Assembly: GCA_002269645.1 (NCBI GenBank)
Contig: NIVC01001012.1
Coordinates: 1 to 64,000 of the forward strand
Reading direction: 5' to 3'
Length of the DNA: 64,000 bases
From: Macrostomum lignano
Taxonomy: Eukaryota
Part shown: piece by piece, positions 12,554 to 26,540 of the stretch
Layout: each line of letters begins with the position of its first letter
Numbering within the stretch: the stretch's first letter is position 1
Made by a program: the position numbers and the translations under genes
The notes under the pieces: generated by a model
The model's input: only the letters and a program-made list of their open reading frames with translations
What the model was told of the DNA's origin: nothing
Databases searched by the model: none

Positions 12554-13317
12554 GTTAGCGAGGAGTGTCCCAGCGACTTATTTCGTCAAGTTAAATTTAT
12601 AACTACAGTTTGTGCCGCTATTTAGGTGCAAAGCTGAATAAGGGAATGTACAATAAAACTGTACACCCATTTGCAAAAGCAACATGCAGAGGAAGATTGG
12701 CGAAACTTCCGTTTCGTGTTTCTGTTAAAAGATTAACTCATTAGGTTTTACTTCTGTCGTATTGAGATTGTATCTAAAACAGGGCTGAATTCTCAATAGA
12801 ATTTTCACAGACCCATTTTGTAGATCCTTACCATAAATCCATGGTTCAATTGAGTTTTCTTTTCGGGGGTAACTCTTACTTTACATAAACTGTACGCGTA
12901 TTTTCAAGGCTTGTGCTTTGCAAATCCCTCCTGAATATATGATGATCAAAAAAGGCAACTTTTAGCTAGTGATTAAAATATAATTTTTAGTATTGTAGGT
13001 AAAATTATAATTTTTTATTGACAATCTTGTACAGTACTGTATGGTTTATTATAAATGAGGTAGCGGTGTATAATAATCAGCAGGTGATGGCTACATGATA
13101 AATATAGATTATAGATTACATTGCTGAATACTGGATATACGTGCATCTAACAATCAAGGACTACTTAATTAAGTAGCTAGAAGGATGGGAGACTACGTTT
13201 CTTGGAAAATTTTGGGAGGCAGGTTTTGCTGAGAAAATACATTACGCAGATATGAAATTTTTTTTCAGCACAAAATTTGTCATTGTTTTTTAATGTATTA
13301 TTGCTTATTGTTCGATA

Positions 13318-13592
13318 TGAAGTGCCTTTCTTATAGCTCTATTGGTATTCATAAAGCTTATTTTGTCCTATGCCTAAAATTCACCAAAAAGGTCACAGCT
13401 CGACTCCTTTTTAATATTTTGTTTCAATTTTGTTGAGCAGTTATTATATGTAGGTCGTACGACAAGACAAGACAATTTAATCGCACTGCATGTACGATTG
13501 TACGCAGGATATAAAATTAACAGAGAATCCTAATTTTATAAACGAAAAGCTCTATAAATGTCAATCAATAGAGCTATAAGAAAGGCACAACA
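13318..13592. mobile_element. MITE with a 23-bp perfect TIR and possible TA target duplication
   Basis: GTGCCTTTCTTATAGCTCTATTG (13322-13344) is the exact reverse complement of 13566-13588. TA flanks at 13316-17 and 13593-94. Confidence 0.75.
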
Positions 13593-14429
13593 TATCAAAA
13601 GATGAACATTTGGGTCTGCCTTCTAGAAAGAGCGAAATAACCATTTTTTGTGCTGAAAAATGAAAACCTCTTGTCTCCGTAATGTATTTTATTTATTATC
13701 CAAGAAACCAGTTTCCAGTCTGCCCAAGATGCCCTTGGTAACAATACTATTCGTTTCTGGAATTGATGTACGAGGGGTGTTGCAAAAGTTTCCAGATTTC
13801 CTGTAGGCAAAATCTAGGTAGATTTTCTAGTTATGAGAGTCGGTGTGAAAATCTGGAATAAATAAAATTTAACGAGAGTGAGTGAAATCTCTGAATAAAG
13901 AATTGTATTGCCAAAAATATTGAATCCGAAAATCAACAAAAATAGAAAAATGAACATCTAATGGATAATACTCTCAAAAAGGCAAAGGAATACTTCTGTG
14001 TTTGTAAACAGTTCTGGAAAGCTGGGAAGATGCTTAATTAACATTTCATTGCTTCACCAGCGTGAGCGCTATTAACATCACCTTTAATGTCCCCAGCACT
14101 GTCTCAACAGCTAAAGTCTCAGTTGCTAATGTCTTCTGCGCTCATATTTCAGTATGTACTAAAATATCCCTTAATGACAATGGCAATTAATTGCTCTGCT
14201 GGCATTCGCGGGGGAGACAGTTAGCTGGAGACGTTAGCGCTTAGGACGGTAGCGCTTGAGAAGTTAGCGCTCGTGACAGTTAGCATCAGAGACTTTAAGC
14301 CATAGTAGTGCTATTTAACGCTCACGCTGATATAGTTGTTTACAATAAGAAAATCGAGAGGGTAAAATTTTTAGTAGAATACATATACAAATTTACGTGT
14401 GATCAAAAACAGTAAATGGCAAGAGTAAC

Positions 14430-14580
14430 CAGCTGTAAAATGGGTGCCAGCATTAGCTGAGGTAATTGAGGGTGTGGGTGGCGACCCCCCAGTCCTTGGA
14501 CTGAACAGCCGTACGCAGCCTTATAGCTGCGGCTGAGCTGTCGGTTGCACATCTGACCCATTGTGTGTACTCAATATTGT
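14430..14580 (+). mobile_element. 5'-truncated SINE copy
   Basis: CAGCTGTAAAATGGGTGCCAGCATTAGCTG...GGACTGAACAGCCGTACGCAGCC is shared with 26541-26825. Confidence 0.8.
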
Positions 14581-14714
14581 GATTAGTATATTCTTGAAGG
14601 ATGGTATGCTTCCATTACTTAATTCAAATATACTCGTGCAACGATGCAATGCATAAATTTTAGTATTTTCCATTCAGGAAGTATTTTTCCACGTGACTGA
14701 GCTGTTGCTTACCT

Positions 14715-17700
14715 TTACAAGTCCACCACTGGACCTGTCCTCGGTTCTAAATGTATATCATTCTGTTTAGAATCTTCGTTCGGAAGGTGAGCACTTTCGT
14801 CGGGATTTCTTCTGCGACGAGCTCTCTTCCAAACAAGCAATATTGCTAGAGTTAAAAGCAGCAGGACGGCCACTGCAGCTGCCACTAGAATTAGCGGTGC
14901 TCGAAGCGTTTCCTGATCCGCTGCCGAGGCTTCTCTGTTGCTCAACAGCTTCTCCACCGCCAGCAGCAGATCCCGTTGGCAGTGCAGCTGGCTGCTGCAG
15001 TCCCTCTGACTCGCAGCATCGGCTACGTTTATAAAGCTTATCAAGGAGAGCGACGGCTTACTGCAATCGTCGAATGTTATCGTCGGACTGACTGATTGAT
15101 CTTCAACGGCTGTTATTGAGGCGCAGGAGCCTTGGATGGGTTGGCCTGATCTGGAATCGGTCAATGCACGGCCGAATCACTACTCTTATATGCACCTGCG
15201 TGTCTTGTGCAATCGAATCATCTACAGTGCAGAGAAAAAAGCAGAAAAATAAGTGTATGGATTGAAGTTTGAATGCAGTAACGTACAAGCGAGCAAGTGT
15301 ATCTGATAGAGATCTCCAGAATACAGTATTAAGCAGACTACTAGAAGTAGTAAGACAAAATATATATAGCACAAACTTTATGTCACGCGTTCATACTTCA
15401 TTTTTTGCAGTTTTACCTTTTACATTAAATTTTCGAACCTCGAAATATGGTAAACGTTAACCTGAAATCGACCAAAGTTTCACCCTTTCTATTCAATAAC
15501 CCCACTTGTAGAATGATAAAATTCCTCTTGTAACCTCATCAAAAACCTGTTGAGGCCAAGAGAACTAAGAACTACGAGGCTCTGAGAGAAGTGAAAACCG
15601 ATCAGTGAGCCTTTGTTGAAGCCTTTGTTATTTGATTATCGAGGGCTGCGTTATTGATCAGTTGATTTCTATTGAGTTATTGAATTTGAAGCCTCCCTAT
15701 TCCTACTAAGGGATTAGATAAGATCCATTGGACTGATTCCGATACTCTTAGACGATTATTGATTTATTGATTTTGCTACCGTAGAGTAACCGATTAGGTT
15801 CACACGACTACAATTCCATAATTTCTAGAAGAAGACGCCTTTTCTGGAAGACCTCGTTATATTTTTATAGAGTTGATTCTATTACTAGGGTGCATCCCGG
15901 ACATCTCTGATTACTGATCGTAAGGAATATATTAACGTCGATGAATTAAATTGTTACGTGATCTCAAATTCGGCCGACCTCATGAAACTCCGGAGGAAAA
16001 TTGCTGCTAGGAAACGAGCTCGACGAATCTGGCCGATGAGAAGAAAAGCCCACAACAGTAAGTAATCACAAGAGTCTGTTCCCAGACTTGCGGTCTGGAA
16101 GCGGGAGTGCGTGCGTTTAGACACTAGACCTAATTCTCTGTCTCTTTCCCTCTCTAGTGTGCTACTGCAGAATTTTCACAAGTTGCCGTTGTACTCGTAA
16201 AAACATAGTCTAAATGCCAGCAGTTAACTTGCTGTCTTGTTGCTGGCATGCAGCTTATCGTAGGCATATTGCGCGTATCTACTCGATCACTCAGCTATTG
16301 CGTGTACTTCGCTTTGACCAAAAAAATGCATGGAATTATCGAATAGCGAAATAATGCAAAACTGTCAACAAGAACGAGTAGCGAAATCAATCAGAACACA
16401 CAAAGCTAGTTTTGAATTGGAATTTACCAGACACTGGAGACAAGATTAGAGAAAATGGTACTACTCAACCGAAAAGTATGCGCTAGAAATTTTCAATCCA
16501 GAATTCAAGCGCAATCTGTCACAGTTAGGACTGCGAGACCAAATTGATACCTTACGAGAACAGGACCTGCCCAGAGTGCATGTGGGGTTAGAAAGTGAAG
16601 TTCACTTCCTGTTTAAGTGTAGTTGGAACTTCTATAGTGCTCTCCATGATGATACATTTGAACAGGAAATACATGTGTACACACATGCATACATACATAC
16701 ACACATACATACATGCATACATACATACATACATACATACATACATACATACATACATACATACATACATACATACATGCATACATACATACGTACACAC
16801 ATACATACATACACATACACACATACATAAAAACATACATACAGACATACATACATACACACACACACATACATACATACATACATACATACATACATAC
16901 ATACAGACATACATACATACACACACACACATACATACATACATACATACATACATACATACATACACACATACATACATACATACATACATACATACAT
17001 ACATACACACATACATACATACATACTTACATACAATACATACATACAGTACATATACATACATGCATAGTACATACATACAATACATACATACATACAG
17101 ACATACACACATACATACATACATACATACATACATACATACATACATACATACATACATACATACATACATACACACACACATACATGCATACATACAT
17201 ACATACACACATACATACATACATACATACATACATACACACATACATACATACATACATACACACATACATACACACATACATACATACATACTTACAT
17301 ACAATACATACATACAGTACATATACATACATGCATAGTACATACATACAATACATAAATATACTTTAAACTAGAGGTCCATCCTGCATTTGGCAGAAAT
17401 AAACTTGCAGAAATATTTCTTATTCAACAGCAGAATTCCCTCAGCAGCCCGCAACTTACACAAACATACTCGAATTCGACACTGAAGCCAGTCTATAACA
17501 GCCGCTAGCATTACTTCTGACCACAGAAAATAAACTGCTGCTCTCCAATCGGTAAAACATTCCAATACGAAGCGTTTGACTCAGATTTAGCGGCCTCCTG
17601 TTGGGATATGTGAGCTCTCTGGCTGTGTCTAAAAAAATTTAGTAAATCGGTTCAATGATGATGCTTAAGATTTTGACTTAACTCTTTTGAGTAACTAAAC

Positions 17701-20700
17701 ACCACACCCCAAGGGAAGGGAAGGCGGACGCGAGTGTTTGCGACTATCGAGTACATTGCGAGTAGACACGACGGTCCAAAATCCGAAAAAATGATAGGAA
17801 AAAAGTGAAAAACAGGGGCGCGCAGGATGGCTGGGTCACGCTTGCAAGCAAATAATAAAATAAACCGACATTAAAACAGCACTCAATCGATAAAACAATA
17901 GTCGTCATTAGGATGAAATCAAAAAAGAAGAAATAAGAAAAAACACACGAGTTGAGAAAAAAATCAATGCATTTGAGTCCAAGCCAGAGGAAAAAAAGAG
18001 CAGACAGCACACCAGCTTCTTCCCGGAGCAGGCAAAAATAATAATTGTAGGCATTGAGATAGTTTTCGAACAGCCGCCAGCTGGAGGTCGAAGCCCTTCT
18101 CCAGCCCAAGGTACACCTGAACCGCCGAGCTCCGCCAGTCGCCCAGGGCCTTGACGACCGGCAGCGGCACATCGGCGCGGAACTCCAGCGAGGCACCACC
18201 GCGTCGAAGGCTGTGAGGAGACAGAGACCGGTCTGCCAGGCCGGCACGGTGGACGACGTGCTGAAACAAGCGACAGAACCGGGTGCCGGTCAGAGGCGTC
18301 AGGCCGCCGCTGCTTCGGTAGGCGAAGAGGTGGGCGGCAGCGGCGCGGTCGGGCTGGTTGATGCGCAGGTGGTGAAGCAGCGCTGCCACCAGGCAGAGCG
18401 GGTGCTGCGCCGCGTGCCGGAGGCGCGGAAGGACAACGCGGTGCACTCGCTGGCGAAATTGGTTCGTCTTGGAGCGCCGAATGTGCAGGATGGCCAGGTC
18501 CGTTGATACTTGCAGGTCGCCGCAGGTGACCACCTCGCCAGCTGGTGGGAACGGTTTCGAGCAGCACAGGTTATCGCGGCGCAGGAGGTCCCAGAATCCG
18601 ACCAGGACCGCCGCCCAGAAGGCTGCATCTTAAGGCTGCTGCAGGCGCAGGGTTCCTCGCAGTTTGAGGAGGTCACCCGGAGTGATGGGCGCCTTGCGCG
18701 CAGGTGGCTTGGCGAGTTTGCGCTGCACACCGTGGAGGAGCAGGTCGATGCGGGGGTCGCGAGGAAGGCCGCGGCCGGTCTTGAGCTTGCAGTGCAGGTC
18801 TGCGGCGTTAACGTTTGCACCGACGCTGGCATGCGAGGAGAGGCGGTCGGACAGCGCGATGATGTAGTGCGCGACCTGCTGCAGAGACGGTCGGGTGCTG
18901 TCGATGCGCATCTGCTTGCAGAACCGCTTCAAGGAGTCAATCTGGCAGCGGTAAGAGCACGCGATTGTCTCAGCGAAGGCCAGGTGGCAGAGCTCGCGGT
19001 AGCGCTTGCTGAAGTTCGCGCTCGGGACTTGAGGCGGGCGATCTGTAGGGCGAGAAATTCACAGGTGGCTGGCGAGAGGGTGTGCTCGCTAAGGTTGCTA
19101 AGGTCGAAGTGAACAGAGCCAAAGAGCCGGAGCAGGAAGTTTGTCAGCTCGCTGATGTCATCGGCTCGGCTGCCTAAGATCTGCAATGTCCCGGGGACGT
19201 GGAAGGCCTAGACGGAGAGGTAGCGGTGCGCAGCGAGGAGCATCAGCTGTTGCAGAGCCGAGTTGACGAGCCGATTTGGCGACGAGCCCTTGTTGATGGC
19301 GCCGACTGCGGCGGTGCTGTCAGAGTAGATCACAAGCCGGCTGCCCGGTTGCAGCTGCTGCTGGAAATGCAGGGCCGTAAGCACTGGCGCGATACTTTCC
19401 TTCAAGTTGATGTGCAGCGGCTCAATCTCGGTTGAGTCGCGGTGCCAGTTCATGATGAGCCAGCTGGTGGTGTCTGGGCCGCGGATGATGCCGCAGCCGC
19501 CCCAGTTGGACGCGTCGGACTCGATGGCCCAGCTGGGCCTGTTGGAACGCCAGATTTTGCCGCTGGGGGAGGCGGCCAGGCAGGCGTCCCACCAGCTAAT
19601 AATCTTGCGGAGATCATTGTGTACGCGCAGTTTGTGCCGCTGCTGCGTAAGGTCGCTGAGTTCGAGCAGGAGTGCTCTCAGGAAGCACCTCCCGATGCGG
19701 ACCACTTGGCAGACCCAGTTGATGCAGCCACAGAGCGATTGGAGTTGGCGCTTGGTGATGCGCTTGCGAGAGAGCGCGGACTGCAGCTGAGACTTGGTGG
19801 CGTCGAGCTTGTCCTCTGGAAGTTCCAGCAGGCCGCTGACGGTGTCGATGAGACGCCCAGGTAGACCAGTTTAGTGCACGGCGCCACCACCTTGCTCCAG
19901 TTGATGAAGAAGCCAAGCTTCCCCAGCAGATTGAGCAGAGTGTCGAGAGCGAGCTGGCTTGCGTCCTTGCTGGAGGCTGCTACGGCGAAGTCGTCCCGAT
20001 AGCTGACGATATCGTTGAAACCCCGTCTCTGCATCAAACTTCCACGGAGGCAGCAGCGCCGAAGGGGAGTCGCGTGTCGCAGATGTACGAGTCGCTGCGC
20101 TGGTCGCTGAATTTCCACTTCAAGCCAGTGAGCCGAAAATCGTGCGGGCTGATGCCGACACTCCGGTAGGCATTGGTGAGGTCGACTTTGGCCATGAACC
20201 AACCGGTTTGCAACTTGGTGGTGAAGTGACTGACGGTCTCGAACTTGATTCGGTAATCGGAAGAAAATCGGCTGTTTAAGGAGAGACGCGGAGGGTTGGA
20301 GCAGTCCTGGATGAGTCGAATCTTGTTGTTGCTCTTCGGAATGGCGCCAAGAGTACTGATAACCTCCGGTTTGTCACTGACTGGAACGTAGCGGCCATTC
20401 AGGACTTCCTCAACCAGCTGCCGGTAACTGTTGACTGATACGTGATTCGAAAGCCGTTGCGGATGCCATTCAGCAGGAATCGTCAGTCAGGATCAGGATC
20501 GTCAGTCAGCTCAGTTTCCCAGGCGGCTGTGGCGAGGTCGGATGAGAGAGCAACGGACTCGAGGGGCTTGGGACAGGGCAAGCCGGGGGGCAGCGGGGGT
20601 TCGACTTTCGCTTCCGCCGGGGCAGCTGCGCTGCCAGTTGAGCCCCCCCCCCGGCCGGCCGCGATCTAGTTTTTTGAAGTGCAGAACTAGCGCGGGTGCG

Positions 20701-23133
20701 CCTCGTAGCAGACGTAGCAGACGTGCCTGAACTTGCAGTCGCGCCTTAGGCAGCTGTTGCGGTTGAACTTTACGCACAGCTCCCGCCCCTCAGGATCGAT
20801 CGGGCCGACGAAGCCGGACGGCTGCTGCTTTGGCCTACTGGACTTGAAGTTGGTGCGCTGGGGGATCGCGTTGCCGCCCTGATTTGATTTTGGTACGTGC
20901 CAGAATGTGCTTGGATAGCAGCTGCAGCGACTTCCGCTCCCAGTTGCCTCTCGACTGATGTTGCAGGATCCTGAAGTCTTCATCGTAACAGTTGAGGGCG
21001 GCCTGACTGAAACCCTGGTGCATAAACTCGCCGAACTGGACACAGTAGCGAACATAGGCCTTCAGCTGTTCAAGATCCACCGCGCCATCCTTAACGGTGA
21101 CCAGGGGACCCTCGTCGAGGAGTTTCAGCAGGATTCGGTTGCTGCCTGCTACCCACTGACCCGCCGAGATCTGCTCAGTCCGGACTCTGGACTTCTCGCC
21201 AGAGGCAGGCTCCTCCCCATCACGGTTGATAAAGTCCTTCACCAGAAGGGGCTTTGCCGGTCCCGACGGCCTGGCAGAAGTTCTGTAGAGGCCTTGAAGG
21301 CCCAGGTCTGGCAGTCCCAGCTCCGGCTCATAGGCAGCAGTGGACCGGTCAATCGGCAAGGGGCACCGCAACTTACGGCTCTGTTGGCAAGGCTTGTTCT
21401 CCAGCTCAGCCTCGATCTCAGCAGTCTGGGGTTGGAGAGTCCTCAGCCAAAGCAGCTTCTCCTGACGGGCGATCCTCTGTTCCAGATCGTCGGTGCCCTG
21501 CGGGGCGCCAGCCTCGTCCGGGGTCGCTTCCTCATCGTCGTCGCTGCTGCTGGTGCTGACTCGGTTGATTTCGCTAGAGTGAGTGGCTGTTGGCCGTCCA
21601 CGTTGCTTGGCTTGATTGGAAAAACTGGCTTGTTCCAGTCTGACTTGCAACTCTCGCTTGCGACCGCCACTGGGCAGTCCCAGTTGGCGTAGACGGTCTC
21701 TAAGCTGCCTTGCAGTCATTTGGTCAATTGAAATCTCAGCCATTGCAGCCTAGGCAGCACTCACGCCACTCAGTGCGATAGGGAAAAAATTCATGCAGCG
21801 CGAGAAAGGTAGAAGGTGAGGCAGACTGAGTAGAAGCTAGGCGATATATAAACCTCACGGCGGAGGGGTGCAGTGCAGAGGAGGGTGGCTTGGGGTGGGT
21901 GTTTACAACCAATCAGCAAACGCAGATGGTACACAATAATCTTACTGGCAGCAATGAACTCGCTGATCTCAGCCATGCTGGAGAAGCTGGCCAGCTGAGC
22001 ATCGCCTCTGATGCTGGACACTGCGACTGTCATATTCTGAGGTGCTGAGCTCACAGCGTAGCAGTAGCCCCGGAAACTGAGCATGTCCCGGCTGCAGAAT
22101 CCAGTCAGTGGGGTCACAGCTCTCACAATAACTGCCTGGTTGCACGCTGAACTCGATCGGGCTTTTTCGAACGACACAGCTACTCGAGATAGTCTAAAGT
22201 GGATTTAATTACGCTCGTAATAACCACCTTGATGCTACTTTATCCATCTATTCTTTAAGTAGCTTGCAATTTACCTGTCAGTGAAATTGAGAACCTCAAA
22301 TAAACCGACTGGCACATTTTGAGGCTTTGTAGAATCAGTTCTGCTGCTGCAGTCTGCAAAGCGAGTGCTGATGGTGTCAGAGACCTTCTGTAGCACTAAC
22401 GAGATATACGCGAGACTGGAATGGTTCTATTATTTGCATTGGTATGCGTTTGATTGGAAATCGATTTGAAGCTTTTGGCCTATCGATTGGAAACGCTGGG
22501 AAACGCTGTCTTCGCTCGGTCGAGGGAATTCTTTTTCAAAATTATTTCCGCAAAGTTAGAAAGAGCTGTAGGAGCCGTAACCTACCGTCAACTCTAGTAG
22601 AAGTTTCTAAAATCAAGTCACATAACTTGTAAAAATATCGAACCTCGGATATCGAAACTTCAAATGGTCCTCAGAAGTCCATAAAAATATAAAATCTCTC
22701 TCGTTCAAACGTGATCCTAGCCTGGTGCACATCAAGGCGAGTGCATGCCCCTACAAGTCAGTCTTAGCTAGATATTGATTAAGCTCATCAACTCATCTTG
22801 AGTATTGTACATCACATCAGCTCACTAGGTTGGAGCACTTTGTACTGCATGGAGTCGGCGACGCCCTCTGTAGACTGACAGCTGCCAGCTGGTGATTCAG
22901 TGTCCGCTGACGCAGGCGGCAGGCCCTGGATGACCATTTGACGATGTGACGTCAACTGGTGCACTTTTAGCAGCCAGTCGCACTTCGAGGCCGGGCTGGA
23001 GTTTCTGCTACTACCCGATTCTATCAGTCTCGGTATGAGTCGCTCGTCCTGGTGTCTTCGAGCCGTCATGTCGATCTCTAAGGTGTACCCTGTCGGGCAG
23101 TAGTGCTCACCAGCCTGACAAGAGCGAATTAAG
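14715..23133 (-). CDS. CUB-like + C-type-lectin-like TM receptor, paralog A (first exon not identified)
   Basis: Exons 22826-23133, ~22275-22390, 21946-22193 (FCSRDMLSFRGYCYAV...AQLASFSS), 17460-17628 (YPNRRPLNLSQTLRIG; not in the ORF track), 14715-15150 (GSCASI...DDCSKP; TM LILVAAAVAVLLLLTLAILLVW). Intron phases match paralogs B-D. Confidence 0.75.
15548..16056. mobile_element. Possible solo LTR
   Basis: TGTTG...CAACA termini, 509 bp, TATA-like and AATAAA motifs on the minus strand. No target-site duplication, PBS or PPT found. Confidence 0.3.
16680..17360. repeat. (ACAT)n/(AC)n microsatellite
   Basis: Direct inspection; intronic in paralog A. Confidence 0.97.
17696..21906 (-). mobile_element. 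Tyrosine-recombinase retrotransposon (DIRS order, Ngaro-like coding region); defective copy in an intron
   Basis: gag 20835-21743 (SAP-like N-terminus) with a CCCH finger in an adjacent frame. RT ~19700-20470 (KVDLTNAY, LPFG, YRDDF). RNase H 19208-19705 (SDASNWG, HINLKE, SDS). YR 17964-19100 (LRRDNL, SKTNQF, HSLRRGGAS, GDWRSSAVQVY). Stops at 18630 and 19208 plus frameshifts. 17-18 bp inverted ends flanked by AAC/AAC. Confidence 0.93.
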
Positions 23134-23391
23134 CTGGAACAAAAGAGCAGGCGAGTAATTGGTAATAGTACTTAAGCAGTAACTCTTTTCCAAACCACAC
23201 ACTCAGATATTTGTAGGCGGACTGCAGCGTTTCCGTTTACAATCATTCCGTTTCATTTCGTGCAACGATTCTATCGAACTTCACCATCGTAGAGTCCATC
23301 ATCCGTCAAGGAATAATTTTTTTTGGGATCAAAACAATTTATACACGCATCTAGCTCAAAATAATTACGGTTTAATTGAATAAACATAATT

Positions 23392-23672
23392 TATTACACC
23401 TGCCTACATTGGGCCAGATGTGCAACCGACAGCTCAGCCGCAGCTATTGCGCGGCGCATCTAAAGGCTGCGTACGGCTGTTCAGTCCAAGGACTGGGGGG
23501 TCGCCACACACAGCCTCAATTACCCCAGCTAATGCTGGCACCCATTTTACAGCTGGGTGAACTGAAGCAATGCAGAGTTAAGTGTCTTGCTCAAGGACAC
23601 AAATTGTTCCCGTGAGGTCGAGAATCGAACCCCGACCTTCAAGTTGTGAGTGATAGGCTACACCTAGGCTAC
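23392..23672 (-). mobile_element. tRNA-Met-derived SINE with a CORE-like central domain
   Basis: Head ...ACTTGAAGGTCGGGGTTCGATTC (B box), then GTGTCCTTGAGCAAGACACTTAACTC...CTGTAAAATGGG, resembling the MIR/CORE domain. Confidence 0.8.
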
Positions 23673-26540
23673 GAATAAAGCAAACGATAAATATGCAACA
23701 TCAACTTGCCTCTTTCTGAGTGTAAAATGAAATAATACACTGAGCAAACAGTTATCTTAATCCTCTTTACTAAATCTGAGTTGTCTCAGGCAGACTAATT
23801 GACTTAGCAGCTTACCAGAAAGTCACCAGATGTAGGCATAGACAGATAGAGTGTTGAATGTCGAGTACTGCGATTGAGACTCCGACAGCTTTCTGTAGGG
23901 AATTGATTAAGGTGAGACTGTTGCTGCTGAAGCATCAGTAAAACTGCTACTTAAATTCCATTGCCACTACATCTTATCCACCTGTCTCAAAAGTTCTCGC
24001 ACCATTCATTAAAAATTATATTTCGTGCTGAATATTTCAACATCAGTCCCATTACAAACTTCCTGTCTCCTTGTCCAATCTCCTTAGTGTATACTCAGCA
24101 ACATTGAAAAGTCGCCACTCTATGCGCCAGTGAGCAATTTCTCTTGGACTATTCTGAAATAAAAGATGCGAGAAAACTGATCGGGACAGCTTTAATCCGT
24201 TTAACCCTTGCACATCGCTCCCCCACTTCATTCCTCAACTCAAGTCTGCCGCGGTGTGTAAGTTGCGTCACTCGCAAAGATTGAGAGACTTTACCTGCAC
24301 TCTCAAAAGTGTCGATCACTGACGGAATCTGCTGTGATGGCGAATTTTCGACATTGCTGAGTATATTTCTTCTAGTAACATTTTTATTGACCGAATATTT
24401 TTTAGCGAAACCCAGTTTTTGCGAAATGCAGTTAGAAAATCTGTTGTTGTTGTATAGTTCTGTTGTGTATCTCATATTTCAGTTTTTTTTCAATTTTTAG
24501 CTTCGAATGCTTTAGTGCGACTCACCTCCATAGAAACTCGTCGATAATTCAGAAAAGAACAAACTTGTGAGAAAAAAATGTCAGCGGCTCCAAGTTCCTT
24601 TTAGTTCCTTGTAGACAGAGTCTTGTGTAAATAGCTAGATGTGCATTTATGGCGCTAGTGGGAGAAAGTGATTGAGGAGGCGTACATTTTGCTGTACACA
24701 AACGTCCACTAACAGTGTACAGTGCGAACTGTACCTCAGCTGGTCGGCCGAACTAAGTACAACCTTGAAAATTCTTGCATGCTTGTATATTCGTAACTCT
24801 CTCGCATTAATTAATTACTAAGTTTAGCTAAATATAGGTAAACATTTGGTACTTACCTGTAAGTTACACCTTTGCCGAAATCTCATTCCGAAGAGTCAGT
24901 AAAATTCATTTACTTTTTCTTTGCATTTTCAATTACACCGCAAGTGCACTACATTTTCTACCCAAAGGAAAGTTTCGTATTGATGAGAACAGTGCACAAG
25001 CCTGAGATCAACCGGATATCCCAGACGTCATATTGAAATTAATGCATATTGAATTCCAAGGAAGTGTGCTTAGATTCATCAGCTATAGCTAGCTATATGC
25101 TGAACCAAAGCTACACGATTTGCGTATTTAAAGACTGATTATGCGCAGATCATTACGCTCGTGAAAAATTTATGAAAAATACTGCCTCATTTTTTGTCAG
25201 TTTCTATTCCTCAATAGTTGCTGTGTCGGAGATCGCTACCTACGATACCTTCGCTACCCCTAATAAGGGCGACTAGCGCAGGATGCTTCTGCCTCCCTAG
25301 ACGAACCGAGTCATGAGGTCGTGCCGCAGTAAATCTCAATTCGTCCCTAGTCGAAAGATGAGTACCCAAAAGATCGCAGAAATAACGTAAATACGCGGCA
25401 CTCACTTCTTGTTGCGATGTACACGCAACCTTGTTGGAGCATGCTCGTTGCCGATATGTTATAATTTTGACAGAATAACCTACTTAAAACGGAATAACCT
25501 ACTTAAAACGGAATAACCTACTTAAAAAGGTCCAGGCAGTTATTTGTTCAGTTAGCAACGGCACGGATGAGCACCCTTCACTTTGGCGCGTGCAACTTTC
25601 TACTTTTATACTTTGGCTGACTTGTTTAGTCCTAGTATCTCCAATGGGGTCTCGTGGGTGAGACAGAAAGGGACGAGAAAATACGCGGACGGGGGGTGGG
25701 ATGGGGGCAGCTCAGACGCACTGCAGGGAGCTGGGGCTGGGTGAGAGAGAAAGGAGAGAGAGGAGGCTATTTTTAGTCAGTTGTACTTTTAGAATTTTTC
25801 TTGTAAATGGCTGAACACCTTCTTCATCATATCAAATGCAGATGGTATAGATTTGCTTTTTAATAGTAGATGCCGCGTTTGACAAACTCATACAATATGT
25901 AAACAAACTTATAATTTCTGAAGACTTCTGAAGCCATGGACTGAAAGTGAAGCTTACTGATTGTAAAATTTCCCCTTATAAAAAGCTAAAAACTTAGTCA
26001 GCTTAAATTAAAAAACCTAATTTAAACGAAGAATCGTACATGCCTGTACGAGCGTACGAGCGTATCTGTTTATTTATTGTAAAATTAAACAATGTAAAGT
26101 TAGTAAAATAAAAATACAGCGAATGTGCTTAAAAATCACAGCAACAGCTGTACATGTAAGTTATTACTGATAAGTAGTATACCCATAATTAAGTAATAAG
26201 TGCATTTTTTAAATAATGCTTTAAACTTTTTACTCGCATGGAATATAAAAAAGTTATCAAAAAGGTTTCAAGTCAGGATTAAACTTGTAAAATAAAAGTT
26301 ATAATACAAAAATATCACTGCCCCTGACAAATGAAGTAATTTAACTTTTGAGTGCAGGGGAGATTGAGTGCCAGAAGCAAGCGTATTGCCTCCAATTAAA
26401 AAATAATATTTATACTTATTTCAAGAAAAAGCGCCGATGGGTAGAAAAACTAATTGTTTTGTAATTTGAAATGAGGTTTCAAATGAAATTTGTCAAATGC
26501 AGTGAAAATGAGAAAAAATTAACAATATTCGTCGAAATAG

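Noticed and set aside
16576-17369. HTYI/MYVC-rich ORFs
   Set aside because: (ACAT)n microsatellite artefacts.
18213-21692. Plus-strand ORFs up to 244 aa
   Set aside because: Antisense shadows of the GC-rich retrotransposon ORFs, with no recognisable motifs.
23800-24860. Several minus-strand donor sites and a hydrophobic stretch upstream of paralog A
   Set aside because: I could not join them into a phase-consistent ORF; they may be 5' exons but are unsupported.
25211-25405. Possible LINE 3' remnants here and at 43410-43720 and 45900-46020
   Set aside because: Only weak resemblance; no diagnostic motif, tail or TSD.
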